Part shown: piece by piece, positions 24,701-38,163 of the stretch
How positions within the stretch are numbered: the first letter of the stretch is position 1
How the letters are laid out: the number at the start of each line of letters is the position of its first letter
Assembly (NCBI GenBank): GCA_030704615.1
Contig: CM060734.1
Coordinates: 15,686,001 to 15,750,000 of the forward strand
Length of the DNA stretch: 64,000 bases
Reading direction: 5' to 3'
From: Takakia lepidozioides
Taxonomy: Eukaryota; Plantae; Bryophyta
Translations under genes and position numbers: made by a program
Notes under the pieces: model-generated
The model's database searches: none
Told to the model about the DNA's origin: nothing
The model's input: the letters and a program-made list of their open reading frames with translations, nothing else

Positions 24701-27700
24701 ACAAGGCGGGTTAAAAAGTTGGCGGTAAGGATCTTTTTGTGTCTTTGTAAATGGATTCGCTATTTGCCTCCTTGTGGTAAGAAACACATTTTCAGTTACT
24801 CTTCAACTAGGCAATTCGAAAGCCAATTTTCGCCACTGTATATCTACTTATGTAAACACTTCATTTGTTTTTCAGGTTGAAGAGGGGAACCCACACGTGA
24901 TATGGAGTGCAAGTGAAGATGGCACCCTAAGGCAGCACGATTTGAGAGAGGGCATCCTGTGTCCACCCCATAGTGCTCCAGACCAAGAGTGTCACAATAT
25001 TCTAGTAAGTTAAGGTCTTTAGCAAGTTCTTTGCAGCGTAAAGGTATGGAAGAGGAAACAAAAAATTTGGTTGGATAGAGCAAGCCTGATGCATTTTTGC
25101 AGGGTTCCAGATTAGTTAGCCACCCTTGTAAGGCTATGACTCTACCTGATTATGGTGGGTCACTTTCTTGCTGGGCAGTTGGACCTCCGCAGTGGTGCGA
25201 AGAGATCGCTTTCAGAGGCTCCCAGGCACAGCCTGGCTCTGAAGACCTGTGCTATCAGCCCAACTCAACCCCATTTGCTCCTTATTGGTGGGAGGTAATT
25301 GCCCTGTTTCACTTGTTATCTGAGATGAAAAGCTTGCTGCCTTCACATGGGACAGCTTATCCATTCTATCGTCTGCTAATGGCAAGAGTCAAGCTAGCAC
25401 AGTTTCAGGAACCAAAACCTTTGTTTCACCACACTCCAAGCAGATATACTAAATAGACCATGTCCATACGGCTCAATCAAAGAATAAAGTTTGTCCTACT
25501 CACATGATTCTCTGGTTCACTTTAGGCACACAGGTTTTATTTGGACTGGCGTTTTCCTGCCATTTTCACTCAGCCTGTCATTTAGCTAGAGCTCTGAGAT
25601 GTTGTCTCCTGTCTGACTAAGGTAAATGGGTTCACAATCCAGGAATTAGGTCGTGGTTCTATTTCCTTCCCTTGACCTCCCTTTGCTTCGTTGATTCCTT
25701 TACTTACGATGGCAGTGTATCAGTGTTTCTTCTGTGGCACATCATGGCTATGATCTGTGTGACGTCTTAGTGTGGTTGACAATATTAGTTGAATCAAGAT
25801 AAGATGGTAAATGTGTGAGAGAGTATTGCCGCCGATTTTAAAATTGGGGAAAGCCGGGATTTCAGCTGTGCTGAGACTGCTATGTGTGGGAGGGGCATCC
25901 CAGAATTGCTTAACAGGGTCAGAGGAGAGAGTGGGAGAGTGCTTTGGACAGTTTGTATGCTAGAGATTGTGGCAGTGGTATGGTACAACAGAGATTGTGA
26001 CAGTGGAACTTAGTACTTTGTGTTGCCACATGCAGTGATGCCTTTGCTCGACTATACGATAGGCGAATGCTACCTCCTCCCACATCATCACAGCAGCCAG
26101 CCAAGCCGCCACCTTGCATCTCCTACTTCTGTCCCGCCCATCTATCTGACTATGTAATATCCATATCTTTGGAGTGTACTCTCTCTGCCATAGAGTTGAT
26201 CCTCTTGATTATTTGTCAGCAACATCTCAATTTCCGAATTTTATCTCTGACACAAACTGTTTTGTGTTGTTGGCAGAGCCGATCAGGGCTACATTTGACA
26301 CATGTCACATTCAGTCCAAATGGTCAGGAGGTTTTACTAAGCTACAGTGGCGAGCATGTCTACCTCATGGATGCCAACAGTGGTGGGTTTGAAGGACTCA
26401 AAATTAGAGCTATGTATGCTGGAAGTAGTGGGAGTACCAGGGCCTTATCCAGTCACTCTGCCAAGTTTTAGAGAGATCCTCAAAAATACCAGTCTGTAAT
26501 CAGGTTATAATGGCAGTGTAGGTGGAATCCTCCTACCTCCATCCAAGATCTGCATCAATTCCATTTCTGTCAGCAATTTTTTGTTGGTCAGGGTCCTGGA
26601 AATCAAGTTCTGGATAGCAAGTTATGTTGCAGCCTAATTAAAAGAGTAGTGCAGCCCAAAGCCAACTACAGAAATGTGACCTTTCTTTGTAACACTTCCA
26701 CAACATTTTACAAACTAACCTTGTGTAGAGTATGCTGGTCTACAGTGAGCACACAGTTATGACTTAAAGGAGGCTCCCTTCAGGCTTCATGTCGGCAGGG
26801 TCACGAAAGTACCCAGCTATGCTTCTTGTGAACATGGCTTGGTCTGTTCTCCCATCTGTTAGCCTCTCAATGAGAAATAATACACAACTGGATGTGTCAA
26901 TAGGTTAAATTGCTTTTTCAACATCCACAAAACCGCCATGGACCTGCTAATTCCAAGCACTCACAGACATCAGTATGTCTATAAATGCTGAACACGGTTC
27001 AAGGCTGGTATACTCTTTCCATCATGGCATGTGAAAGTGGTCGAACAGTATTTGAAGATTCTTCCATGTCCCTTGTACACTGAAGCTGGCCATTGAGGAT
27101 AGAAAGGTAGGCATCACAATCATATAGGAGGGAATTTTCTGAGAGGCCCCTTTTGACAATTTTTTGATGTGGTCAATTTGTCAGCTCTACTGCAGCTCCC
27201 TCTAAGTCCCACAATGGCAGATCAGGTTGTAAACAAATCTTCAAAAAATTCAGCTCAATAACCTAACAGGAGAGTGGCAGGGTGGACTATTCTAACTCAG
27301 TAACCAAAAGAATGACGAGTCTCTGTAGGTACACTTCTTGCAAAGTTGTTTTATGGGTAGAAAGGATGATAAACAAGGGAAATGAGAGTCAAGAGGGGAT
27401 ACCTTACTTGTTATAGGAAACAACGTTGATTGCATGAAAGATGTTGAGAATTGACATTAAAAAAACCTGGTCAAATGAAGGCAGGTTGCCAGCTATAAAC
27501 TCTGCATCTTGTTTGTTTCATGATGGCACATGGAAGTACAGATTGAAGGAACAAGTCTCCTGTCCTTGTGAATTATTTCAGGTGTCTGGTAAGGTCTTGA
27601 AGCTGTATGCAGATCGTCATCTGTGACTTGGTGCCATATTATGTCTTGTTGATGGATTGTATGAATGGCTCATGGTGAATGCAGGCCAGGATGATGCAGT

Positions 27701-30700
27701 TGTTTATGTGGCCAGTGATGTACCCAAGCGAACAGTGCTTATGCCTATCATTAATGGCACTAAATGCAATGCACCGCCTCCCTCTTTGAGCACAATGGGT
27801 TTTTGCTGCAGGCGAAATTCTGCTTGGGTGGGTTTCTACTTGAGTTATGCATTGTCTTCTGTGAGCTTACAGACCTGTTTCATGCCACTTTTGTGTCCAC
27901 AGCATAGTGGATAGTGCTCGAGGCTGATCCCTGTTAGGAGCAGACATATTGTAGGGTGCATAGGCAAGTACATATTGGTAAGTATTTGTTCTGTGCAGCA
28001 TTAGCTTAACAAATCCTGGTGGTTTTGGAAGAGAGTACTTAGTTACTTAGAATTATTCTGTTGGGATTCAGTTGGCTTAGCCAAGCTAGCTCACTATTGG
28101 TGCATTATTATGCATGGATAGGTGGTGAAACCATGTGCCAGAAACTTCGCTCCCCCCTTCAAAAAGAGTAGACAGTTCTGAAACTTTGGAGGCCTATTGT
28201 GCAGTTACAAGAGTGCAAGGAGCTTTTAGAGGAAGCAAAAAGGGCTTTGGAGGAAGGGAAGAACTATATGTATGCGATTGAGGCAAGTAGTGAGGTGTTG
28301 GATGCTGGAGGGCCGGTTGTGGGTGCGGGTCTACGTCATGATTGTGTGTGTGTCCGTGCTGCTGCCTTTCTAAAGGTATGGTCTCTACAAAGCCTTCATT
28401 GTTTGAATCCTGACTTAAAAAACCTTCCGTGCTAAGTGTCAGCTTTCCACTGTTGAGGATCGCTCCTGTGTTACTTCCAGGTGACTGTTAAAAACCCTTC
28501 CTTTATGGAAAGTAGGCTGCCAATGATTACTTTCGAATTGCTTCCATGGTGTTGTTAAGACACCTTCTTCCAGCTGTCTCATGTGGTGTCAGCTCTGTTT
28601 GGGTTCAATGGAGCAGAGGCTTATTTCAGTGAGAATGATGGAAGTAATGATGATTTGTATTGTTTTAAGGGCCACAGGGGAAATGCGTGTGTTGGCCAGA
28701 AATGGTTGGCAGTTGGCTGTTGGGGAAGGCCTGAGTCACAGTCACGACGAGAGGGCTGCTCTATGAGATCACTCAGAAGGCTGGTCCTTGAGACAGGCAA
28801 TGTGTCAACTCGTTTTCTGACAATAGTTTATTGAGAAAGGGACTCTGACAGGAAAGTATAGCCTAATGAAGAATGCCTGCTGGTGTTGCAGCGTGGATGG
28901 AAGAACGATGTGCATATGGCGATACGAGACTGCAATGAGGCCCGGGCTATCAACCCCATGTCTACCTGCGCCCACCACAGTATGGCCGAGGCACTTTCAC
29001 AGGTCTATCCCATACCTGTGTGTCATGTTCATCCTGCAAGTAGATGGAAGTGGTTAAGCAACGTGGTACAGCAGGTGGGTATTCTCCATGTGACCAGAAG
29101 GCGCTTGTAGAGTCTATACTGCAAGGTATACATTCTTCGTATCACATCCGTGACAGACTTATGTGCTGGGAGCTTCACCAATAACTGAGGGTTATTGTGG
29201 TCATTACAGTGTGGGGGAATAACTTCGCTCAGTAGTCCAGGGCATCTTACAGCAGCCATACGGGGCCGCTTGTGCCATTCTATTTACAACATGATACAGC
29301 TCCACTCTGGCTGCTTTAGGCATAAAGTGGATGCCCTGACCTAGCTATTCAGTAGCGGTCTTTCTGAGGGTTGTTTGAAAGTGCATCAGAAACCCTTCCT
29401 GGGCATGAGTGCATTGTGAGTTTCTGTTGTGGAAGTGCGGATCTTCCTGCACATACAGACACGCAATGAGCGTGCCTTTACCGCACACACGAAAGGAATC
29501 AAATTTACTTTGTGGTGTCCTTTTTTTCACCCTCTATTTCTATAGCTTCATTGCTGCTAGCTCTACCTGTCGAGCAATGGCTGTTTAGTGTTGTCAATCA
29601 TGTCCACAAGTGAGGTAGGACTTGACAAGTTGCTATAATGGCTAGTCATATGTTGGTCTTTAGGGTTGCTACTGCATCTCTCATATACATGCAAAATTTC
29701 AGGAGTCTGTTAGAGAGGCCTGAATCTATATCATAGTAGATGGGAACTTTGTGCAGCTTGGGAGACATAAGGAGGCACTTGATTATGCAATGAGGGCTCA
29801 CCATTTGGAACCATCTGATAGTAGATTATCTGAGCACGTTACACAGATCCGGGCCAAGATATGCAAAGGTGAGCTTATCCACCTCATGGTTATGCATGTT
29901 TTATCGACATCATTTAATGTGGGAGAGAAATTGAGACAATAGAAAGTACTTATCTGCCAGCTCACAGCACCCTATACGGTATCAGGCTGGTTGACTCTTT
30001 TGAAGCTCCCAGCATACATGCATCTTTGGATGTGTGTGTATATATGTATATGGAAAATTTTCCAACCCCAGGAACCATCAGATATTGAGAGCCCATGATT
30101 CATATGGCTACTGATGAAAACACATTCTTGGCTTTCACTTCACATCAAAATGACGGTTTCTCATGCCAAGCCTCTGATTCACTGTCCGGGGTACTCTCAC
30201 CAGAGAGAAGCTCTCCTCCAATCTATCAAGAGAATTGTGCCTGTACCTCTGTTTACCAACTTTGAAAGTCTCGAGGCTGAGCCAAAAGCCCAGGCCCTTC
30301 TGAGGCCTAGTTTTTGGGCAAATCACACACAGCAGATTGATGCTTGTGTGAAGGGATTGCTAGAGGATATCTGGAAAACCTGAATCAATTCTATTTATAA
30401 AGGTAAGTCTTACTACAGAGGTAGGTTCTGTCCCTTTGGTTTCCGCTCAAACTGGGCGCGGGGTCAATGGCCACAAGGCTACGGCAAACAACGTCTTATG
30501 AGTACATTCTCATGCCAAGCCTGTGTGTTAATTTCTGTTTAAGCCTGAGTCAGTTTGTTTCTTTGCAGCGTGTTGGGGTTATGCTGCAATATTATCTGCA
30601 TATCCGCTATGGATGTAACTGATACAACTCCCAAGTTTGGCTATTGTACGTATTACAATGACTTTGATCTGGGTTTGGGATATTTTTGGCTCACAGTAGA

Positions 30701-33700
30701 GGAAGCAAGGATCAACAGGAGTGAGGGGGAGACCAGGTCTGGGCGGAGAGCATCACGAATAAGCTCAATCAGTGATCTGCTGTTCAGGTCAGAGCCAGAG
30801 CACGGTGATGTTTCCCTGGACACGCAAGTTAGTGATAGAGAGGAGACCGATTTCTTTGACGATGATATGGAAATGGAGATGGAGATCGAGATGTCTGTTG
30901 CAGAAGATGAAGAGAGGGACAGGGATGCCGGGGGACGACCTGGATCCAGCTTAAACTTGAGGCTGCGGCGTCGTGGTGAGACTGGTGGGCGTGAACGCAA
31001 CCTGAAAAGTCACCCTTCTTCAGCATCTGTCACGGCTTCCAACGGGACAGTAAATGAGAATTCTGGATCAGAGGTGGATTTGCTTACTTGGTTGATCACT
31101 GTTGCATGGTTTCATATTAATGTCTCAGTAACTAGTCTCTCTCTCTCTCTTCCCTCCCTGGAAAACCTGAACTAATTCTCTTTATCATGGTAAGTCACAC
31201 TACTGGAATGAGCCCCTCACAAAGGTAGTATCTGTTTCCTTTTGTTCCGCCCTATCTGGGAGCTGGGTCTGTGGTCACAAGGCTATGGGAAACAAGGTCT
31301 TATGAGTACATAACTATTCAGGAAAGGGAAGAAGAAGGAAAACCCATCTTTGTCTTCTTCCTGGATGTAAAAAAGGCTTATGACACGGTATGGCATGACG
31401 GGCTGTGGCTGGGAATTGATGTGGAGTATGGTTCACAACCTGTATGCGAACACCAAAAGTTGTGTTATGGTCAATGACTAGGAAGCTTTGTTTCTTGCCA
31501 TTGACCAAGGTGTAGCTCAAGGTTGTATCCTCTCCCCCCTGCTCTTCAGTGTTCTCATTAATCAGCTCCTTGAAGATGTGGACAGAGAGGGATTTGGTTA
31601 AAGGTCCGTGATGCCACCATACCAGCTCTTATGCTTGCAGATGAGTTCGTTGGCCTAGGGGATACCCCATCCTAGGAGTTGATGGATTGTGTGAAGATGT
31701 ACTTTTGACCTGTCGAGGTTAGAAGCCAATGTTGATTAATGCTTGTGGTGGCCTCCAATAAATGTGGGGAGGGAGGAGGGGATCTCAAATGGACATGGGG
31801 CAGTGAAGAGATCCCCGTGCTCCCTTCCTACACATAACTTGGTGTTGAGTTTTCCTCCAGTTGTAACCAGGATGTGCATATCCAAAATGTGGTTCGAACA
31901 GCTAAATGCAAGCTTTGGGTCTCACTCAAGTTTTCCACTGCAGAGAGATAAAAGGACCATGCTTTGCAACATTATTAGGCCTACCTTGGAGTACGCATCT
32001 GCCGTGTGGGAGGGCAACTCCAACCATGCTAAAACTTTAGAATCTGTTCAGCTTTCAGTGCTCAAAGAAGCATGTCAGCATTCTCTAGAAGAGCTATCAT
32101 GGCTGTTTAGGGTGAGTTTGGCGTACCACCCTTGAGCTCTCGATGTGATGAGATCACGGTCAGATGGTGGGGTCACTTGAATCGCATTATACCCTAAGAT
32201 GATTGAATCTATTTCTTGGAAGCAAGACCGTCCTGTTGATCAGGTTAGGTCCTGGCGGAAAAAGGTAGAGGAGATTTTCAAGTACCTGAATATTAGGCAG
32301 GAAGAACTGACCCTGCCAGATGAAACTGACTTGGAGGTGGAAGGCCATGTCTACGGCACAACGTCTTATGAGTACATTCTCTCTCTCTCTCTCCCATAAG
32401 GAGGCTATGGCAAACAATGTCATACGAGTACATTGTCATTCATATGGCTGATAGCCAGTAAGCATTTGTCTGTTTATTCCTGTAGGCCATGCCTGCCAAT
32501 GTAGAGGACAATCACTGCAGCTATTGTCTAAAACCAAGAAGCTTCTGGGACATCTGAATACATTGGTAATTTGAATCGTACACATAGCTGATTTAAGACG
32601 GATGCAACCATGTGAAGCACTTCACTCTGAAAGAGTGCGTGGTTGTTGTCTTCAGCTTGCTAATCAGTCCAGTTTGCAGATGCACTCGGTACAATCAATG
32701 GCGTGGTTCTTGTGCTGACCTTTCCATGTCAAAACCAAATGATCTGCTGTGCTAATTGTATTTGATAGCTTAGGCTAACCATGTCGGCATCCTACAGGCA
32801 GAAATTGCAGTTGACATGCGGCAACGGTATGTGGGTCACTGTAATACTGGCACTGACATCAAACAGGCGAGCTTTCTTGGTGAACGGGGTGGGTCTGTCT
32901 CTCTTTCTTGTTCACTTGCACTTTGTGCCGAGTCCTATGGTGTTTAGGAGGATGGTGATGAGTAGCCTAGAAAATGAGAATGAAAGTAAGAAGATTGAGC
33001 CATAATAACCAAATGGTTATGTTTCTATCTTATTCCACTTCAATGCTGGTTGCGTCATTCGCTCGATGTAGTTATCAATGCTTTTCTTGATCTCATTGTT
33101 TTTCTTTTCTGCTGTAAAGAGGTGAAACCGCTTTAGGTGTGGAGGAAGACTTGTTCATGTGTGAATATTGACATTCACTATGACTCTCCTTACTCCCTAC
33201 ACAAGATGCCACTAAAAATCAGTTTCTTACAAGGTCAGCCTATTCGGGAGCAAGCTGTTGATCAGGGTTTTACCAGTAATTGGTTTCTCTGTGACAGGGG
33301 AATTTGTGGCCAGCGGAAGTGATGATGGACGGTGGTTCATATGGCAGAAGAAAACTGGGAGGCTAATCAAAATGCTGAATGGAGATGAAAATGGTGTGCT
33401 ATTTGATGACCCCCTTTTTGTATCTAAAGCTGTTGTAGCTGTCACATCATTGGAAGCATATCGTATTCTTTGAATTGATGTGAAATTCTCCGTTGGCTGT
33501 ATGTTTGTTGGGGAAATGCCTGCTTCAGGTCTGTTTACTAGGGTATTATAGTTACTTTCACATCAGCACTGGAGGGTTCGTCAGAAAGGTTCCCAGTGAT
33601 AACAGTTGGGTTATGGGCACAAGGCAACATCAAGTTTGTCGTGTGGGCACACCTTTGTTCTTGACATGGTCAGTCCAAATGCTTGTCCTGCGAAGCTTAG

Positions 33701-34644
33701 AAGCTAATGATGGGTTACTGGCTATGGTGCAGTTGTGAATTGCGTGCAGTGCCATCCGTTTGACTGTGCCATTGCCACAAGTGGCATCGATAACACTATC
33801 AAAGTAAGTTGACAGCTTAATGTACCAGAACTATTGTAGTTCGACCTTGAGAATGGTTTTATGGCCACAATTGGAATGCCTGACATGAGTCTGCTGTCAT
33901 GACTGGCATTGTCTGCATGATGTAGGGGTTTGAAGAGGCGAAAAGAGAAAGGTGGAACAAAAAAATGTCAGTGAAGATGAGTTGGTTACCACACAGTAGG
34001 GCTGTATCTCAGCATAGTAATGTTTAGGTTGTTTATGGGTATTTGCAAGTTGTTCCAGTACATACATCACTAATATCAGCACATTCATGATGTTAAGGTT
34101 GTTTACTTGCCATATGAACATCAATGGAAGTAAGGTGCCATATGCGTAGCCAAGGAATTGATCTTTTTTTTGTGGTCAGCTTTGGACTCCATGCGCGACA
34201 GTGCCATCAATGGTGGCAGGTGGGGCGGCAGGTCCCGAGACTGCTGACTTAATGCGGGTTATGTCTGAGAACCAGCACCAGATGCGCAGGCACCGGGAGA
34301 TTGGCTTGTATGTTCTGTTGAAGATTGCTGGAATGTGTTCATTTCACAGTTTATTTCCTTGGTCTGTCCATGAATTCTGGGTAAAGATATGGTCTTAGTT
34401 CATCTCATTTGTGAGCTTTCTTATGGAAGAATGAGATGGAGGGAGTATGTGGGAGTGGTGCAAATGGATGGGAGGGATTAGGGAGTGCTGTGTAACAAAC
34501 ATCCTCAATTGCAGTGAAGAGCTGTAGAAACTGGTTCTAAAATTTGTCCCTCTGGTTTGCAGGCCCATGGAATTTCTTCAGCGCTTTCGAGTGCAGGAGG
34601 GGGTTGAGGGTGCTGTTCACCCATTTCAATGTACGCAGAGCTGA
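21738..34644 (+). CDS. ASG2: WD40/TPR DCAF (DWD) protein, ASG2/WDTC1-like, 19 coding exons
   Basis: Spliced by eye via GT-AG: 21738(or 21759)-21830, 23222-23299, 23838-23915, 24193-24327, 24614-24724, 24876-25004, 25179-25294, 26036-26153, 26277-26382, 27685-27827, 28205-28375, 28892-29002, 29757-29868, 30697-31073, 32798-32888, 33298-33393, 33733-33803, 34180-34307, 34563-34644. Motifs: QMHSSLVQRL, GHQGCVNALAW..GSLLLSGSDD, HSIDTGHSANIFCTKF, CHTRRVKKLAVEEGNPHVIWSASEDGTLRQHD, DAFARLYDRRML, HLTHVTFSPNGQEVLLSYSGEHVYL, TPR region RGWKNDVHMAIRDC, YVGHCNTGTDIKQASF, ASGSDDGRWFIW, VNCVQCHPFD..IATSGIDNTIKLW; C-terminal CTQS-stop. Confidence 0.93.
23981..24115 (+). mobile_element. 5'-truncated non-LTR insertion with 10-bp TSD in ASG2 intron 3
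   Basis: TSD CTCTTTTGGT at 23971-23980 and 24116-24125; 3' end CAAGGCTATGGCAAACAACATCTTATGAGTACAT. Confidence 0.75.
30174..30506 (+). mobile_element. 5'-truncated non-LTR insertion with 16-bp TSD in ASG2 intron 13
   Basis: TSD TTCTCATGCCAAGCCT at 30158-30173 and 30507-30522; same 3' end motif. Confidence 0.8.
31159..32432 (+). mobile_element. Degenerate LINE (RTE/RTEX-like RT) in ASG2 intron 14
   Basis: FFLDVKKAYDTVWHDGLW, QGVAQGCILSPLLF, LMLADEFVGL, IIRPTLEYASAVW; ends TTATGAGTACAT(TC)n; flanked by (CT)n tracts. Confidence 0.8.
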
Positions 34645-36507
34645 CAGCACCCATGTTTAAGCTTGAGGTCTTCTCTTCACCTCCTGTCCAACTCCCCCTG
34701 TTGGTTGCGAGTCTTCTGAGTCTGTTGAGGGAACGTTGCAGTTATTGCATCCTGGAATGGCTTACCAATTTGAAGGACTCTCATTGCCCATGAAACTGTA
34801 TTGGTTTGTTTGGTCAAGAAATGAAATGTTTGGTTGAAATCAGACAGGTAGTCACCAATGTGATTGCAGGTAAGGACATTAATAAGGATTATGCACACCT
34901 GTCCGAAAAAGTGGGCAGCTGCTGTGTTGTTACTCCTCAATATTTCACCCTAAAAAATACATTACTAGCTTGCATGTAGAGAAGGTTTCTGTATCATTTA
35001 AAGCCCTTTTCTGAAGTGGATTCTGCAGTTTGTTTTGGGAAATTTTAGTTAAGAGGCAATGTGTGGCAGTTGCAGGACAAAAAGGTCTTGGCGAATCTGC
35101 GATTGGTTGTTTCAAGATGACGAATAGGTACGAAGAACCAACAGAAATTTGTACTGCAGGCAGCCTCACTGTATTGCAACAGTAACCAGGGGCAAAATTT
35201 AAATGCCTTTTTATACGGCCGGTACCTTTCTTAGTCAGCATTTTACCTCAAGGAGGTACAAAGAGCAGTATCAGAGCACTGAAGTAGCAATAGCCAGTGT
35301 GGTTTCATAGATGGGGGAACTCTGAAAAATCAATAGTTGTGGTGTTGCGCAACCCACAATGTCCTCTCATGTTTAGGTGCTCACCAGTGTCGCAGATAGA
35401 AGTAAGAGCAATCTATCCTTAGAATGTCTAGGTTCTCAGCCGCCGTGTTTGTTTTATGAAACTGTGCAAGACCACTGGAATTCTGGTCCTGATTGCCAGT
35501 GTAGACAGTTTGTTGGCCAGGATGTATTTTTCCCTTGGGAATCTGAATGATTAGGTCAGTCAACCTTCCAAATGAAGTGCACAGATAGATGTGATTAGTG
35601 TGGAACAGCTCAATGTATGATGATTTGACTTGATCTCCACAAGTAAAGCTCATAAACTTGCGTTGGTAGGTTTGTAGAGTATGCTGCTCTCTGGATTTGG
35701 GGGGACAGATTTTTGAAAACTGACCATCAGCCTTAAGGGTTACCACACCCTTTTCACCGCTTATCTTTCCATGATTTGCTCTGAGTTTATTTGACTCCAA
35801 ATAGTCTTGGAATAACTGTGCTAAGGAGTTGCCATAGGATATTAAACCATCACTGCTGGTCAAAAAGGGGGCCATGGGGATGAAGCAAGCTTCTGGTTCC
35901 ACAAAAACAGAACGAGTTCTTTGTCAACAATAAGGTGCAAATTCCTGACAGATAATGTAAGCATTTTAATTTGAATTATTTTTATCACATGGACGGTTCA
36001 CTTTAATCTAACTGTGTTCACCCTCTTTTCCTTTTTGGAAATAGGGGAGGAAGCCTTGAAAAAATAGACAAAAATGGTTGGGAATACACTAGAAACAAAA
36101 TAACCTCCGAAGGCGCGAAGGCTAGTCAGAAGGGGAACAACCCAGAAGCGAGCAGGGAAAAAGAGATGGGCCATTCATTTCCAAACTTGTAAATACTAAA
36201 ATAGTTCAAATACTATTCAGAATATCACCTTTTTGAGAGTTTAAGAATAAACTATGTACATTTGTCATACTAAAGCTGGGAAGAAACATTTTCAAAGCTT
36301 TTCGATGGTGTATGATGTTTGCATGATCAATAATATTTTTAGTGTAGGGTAAGGAACCCAATCGAGGTGCTTCACAAGTAGGGTAGAAGGCCTATGACCG
36401 TTCATCGATGATGGTGAAAAATCTAATGGTGAATTTTTGTCATTTTTAACCTGGGTAGAATTGATACAATGCCCCACATCCCGGGCATCCCAACACACTT
36501 GGAAGCA

Positions 36508-37017
36508 CTTTATTTCATGATGAAGCAAGGTGGTAGTTTGTTTGTTTTGTTTTGTAGCGTTGAGATCTCCCAAACCTCGTGCTTGGTACCGTTGGAAAGC
36601 CCTCGATGAGGAGGGGTGCAGCGGCTTTTTGGGACCTGCGGTGTGGGAGATGTCGAATTTGAAGTACTTTTGGTCGCTGGAAATTCGTGAAAAATAGCAG
36701 TGGGCTTTCCAGGGACAATGATTGGATATATCAATATATGAAGCCTCGGATACATAGGAGATTGCACTTGGACTTAGATGACATTGGACACTTGGGCCAA
36801 CGACAGACCAACTTGGTTTCACAAAATTTGGACCTACGGGCCCAGCATTATAGAAATATGAACAATTTTGGTCGTTGAAAATTCAACTACATGACAAAAT
36901 TAAGTGTTGGAATGACACTGGAGGTCGCACTTGGGCCTCTACATGGGAGAAGCACTCGGATACATAGGAGAGTGCACTTAGGCTTAGATGGGCCTTAACA
37001 TAGGAGACACACTTGGT
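36508..37017 (+). mobile_element. Non-autonomous Helitron-like repeat with stacked 3' ends
   Basis: AAGCAAGG...GTTTGTTTGTTTTG...TTGGAAAGCCCTCGATGAGGAGGGGTGCA; ends ACACTTGGGCCAACG..CTTGGT (36817); related CACTTGG/GGATACATAGGAGA motifs recur to 37017. Resemblance to a moss repeat is from memory only. Confidence 0.45.
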
Positions 37018-38163
37018 ACATAAGAAATTGCCCTTGGTCTTTTTCTTTTTTTCTTTTTTTTTTGGGAGAACAGGGGGATTGTATCCCTGTTTTACTTTAT
37101 TATAAGAGAAGGACAAAGCCTTAACAAACTTAACTGTTTCTGATTGCATGTGATGGGACCAGGTGAGGGTCCTCACTTAACATGGATTTTAAAGCTTGAA
37201 GTAGATTGGAATCGAGTCGAAGAAGCGACGCCATCTGTATCTTTGGGGGAGAACAATCCTTTCTTCCTCTTTCCTTTGATCTTGATGGCTCCTATGTTTA
37301 ACCTAGTATGGTGGACAATCAATCATTACGGCGACTATCTCTTGTTCCCTATGGCATACTGATGTGACAATGGAGCAATGATATGACAAGCTGATGGCTT
37401 TAAAGAGATCTGGTAACATGCTACAATGTAGGGCAGACCTGTTTTCATGACCAGACAATGTTCTTGAATGTACAAGCATTGGAAACTTAGCCTCTTTTAG
37501 AAGCTGGTTACTTTAGGACACTTGATACCATGCCAAACTGATATGGATGGATCTTTTGTGGCCAAATCTGGTCCTTGGTTATATGCCCTTGAATGTTTAC
37601 CTATTTTCCAAAATGGTAAGACATTGGTAGATGTGAACAAAATGATTCAGGCATTGTATTCAAGTTGCTTAGGATAAATAATACCAAAGTAACCTGCAGG
37701 CCTGATGGGACGAGCAATTCAGATTCTTTGTGTTTCCTATGGATGATTGCATGGCATGTAAATCTGATTACAGCCTGTTATGGTAATGATTTCCCTACCC
37801 CGGACATAGAACTTGGTCTTGGGGCATGGAATAAGAGGTGGGAATATTACTCTACCTTGTCATTGAAATTACACACCGGCCCCAGATCTAAAACAGATCA
37901 TGGGGCAAAAAACATGGTGTCAATAAGTGACTTGATGTGCAAAGTAGGGCAGCTGATTATAACCTGTTGTATAAGCTGCCAAATATCAGTCCGTAACCCT
38001 GCTTTGGTGATGTTCTTTATGTAAAGAAATGCTCTTATTTTGTTCTTAAGCCTTCTATGATCATGAATGGCTTCTTTAAGACAAACAGACATTTCCAGCC
38101 ATGAACAGTGATCAATGGATCTTTATTTGGACATGGATACTTACTGCTCAGTCACTTTGGTAT

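Noticed and set aside
35381-35902. 173-aa minus-strand ORF downstream of ASG2
   Set aside because: Non-ATG start, no recognisable motif or splice context
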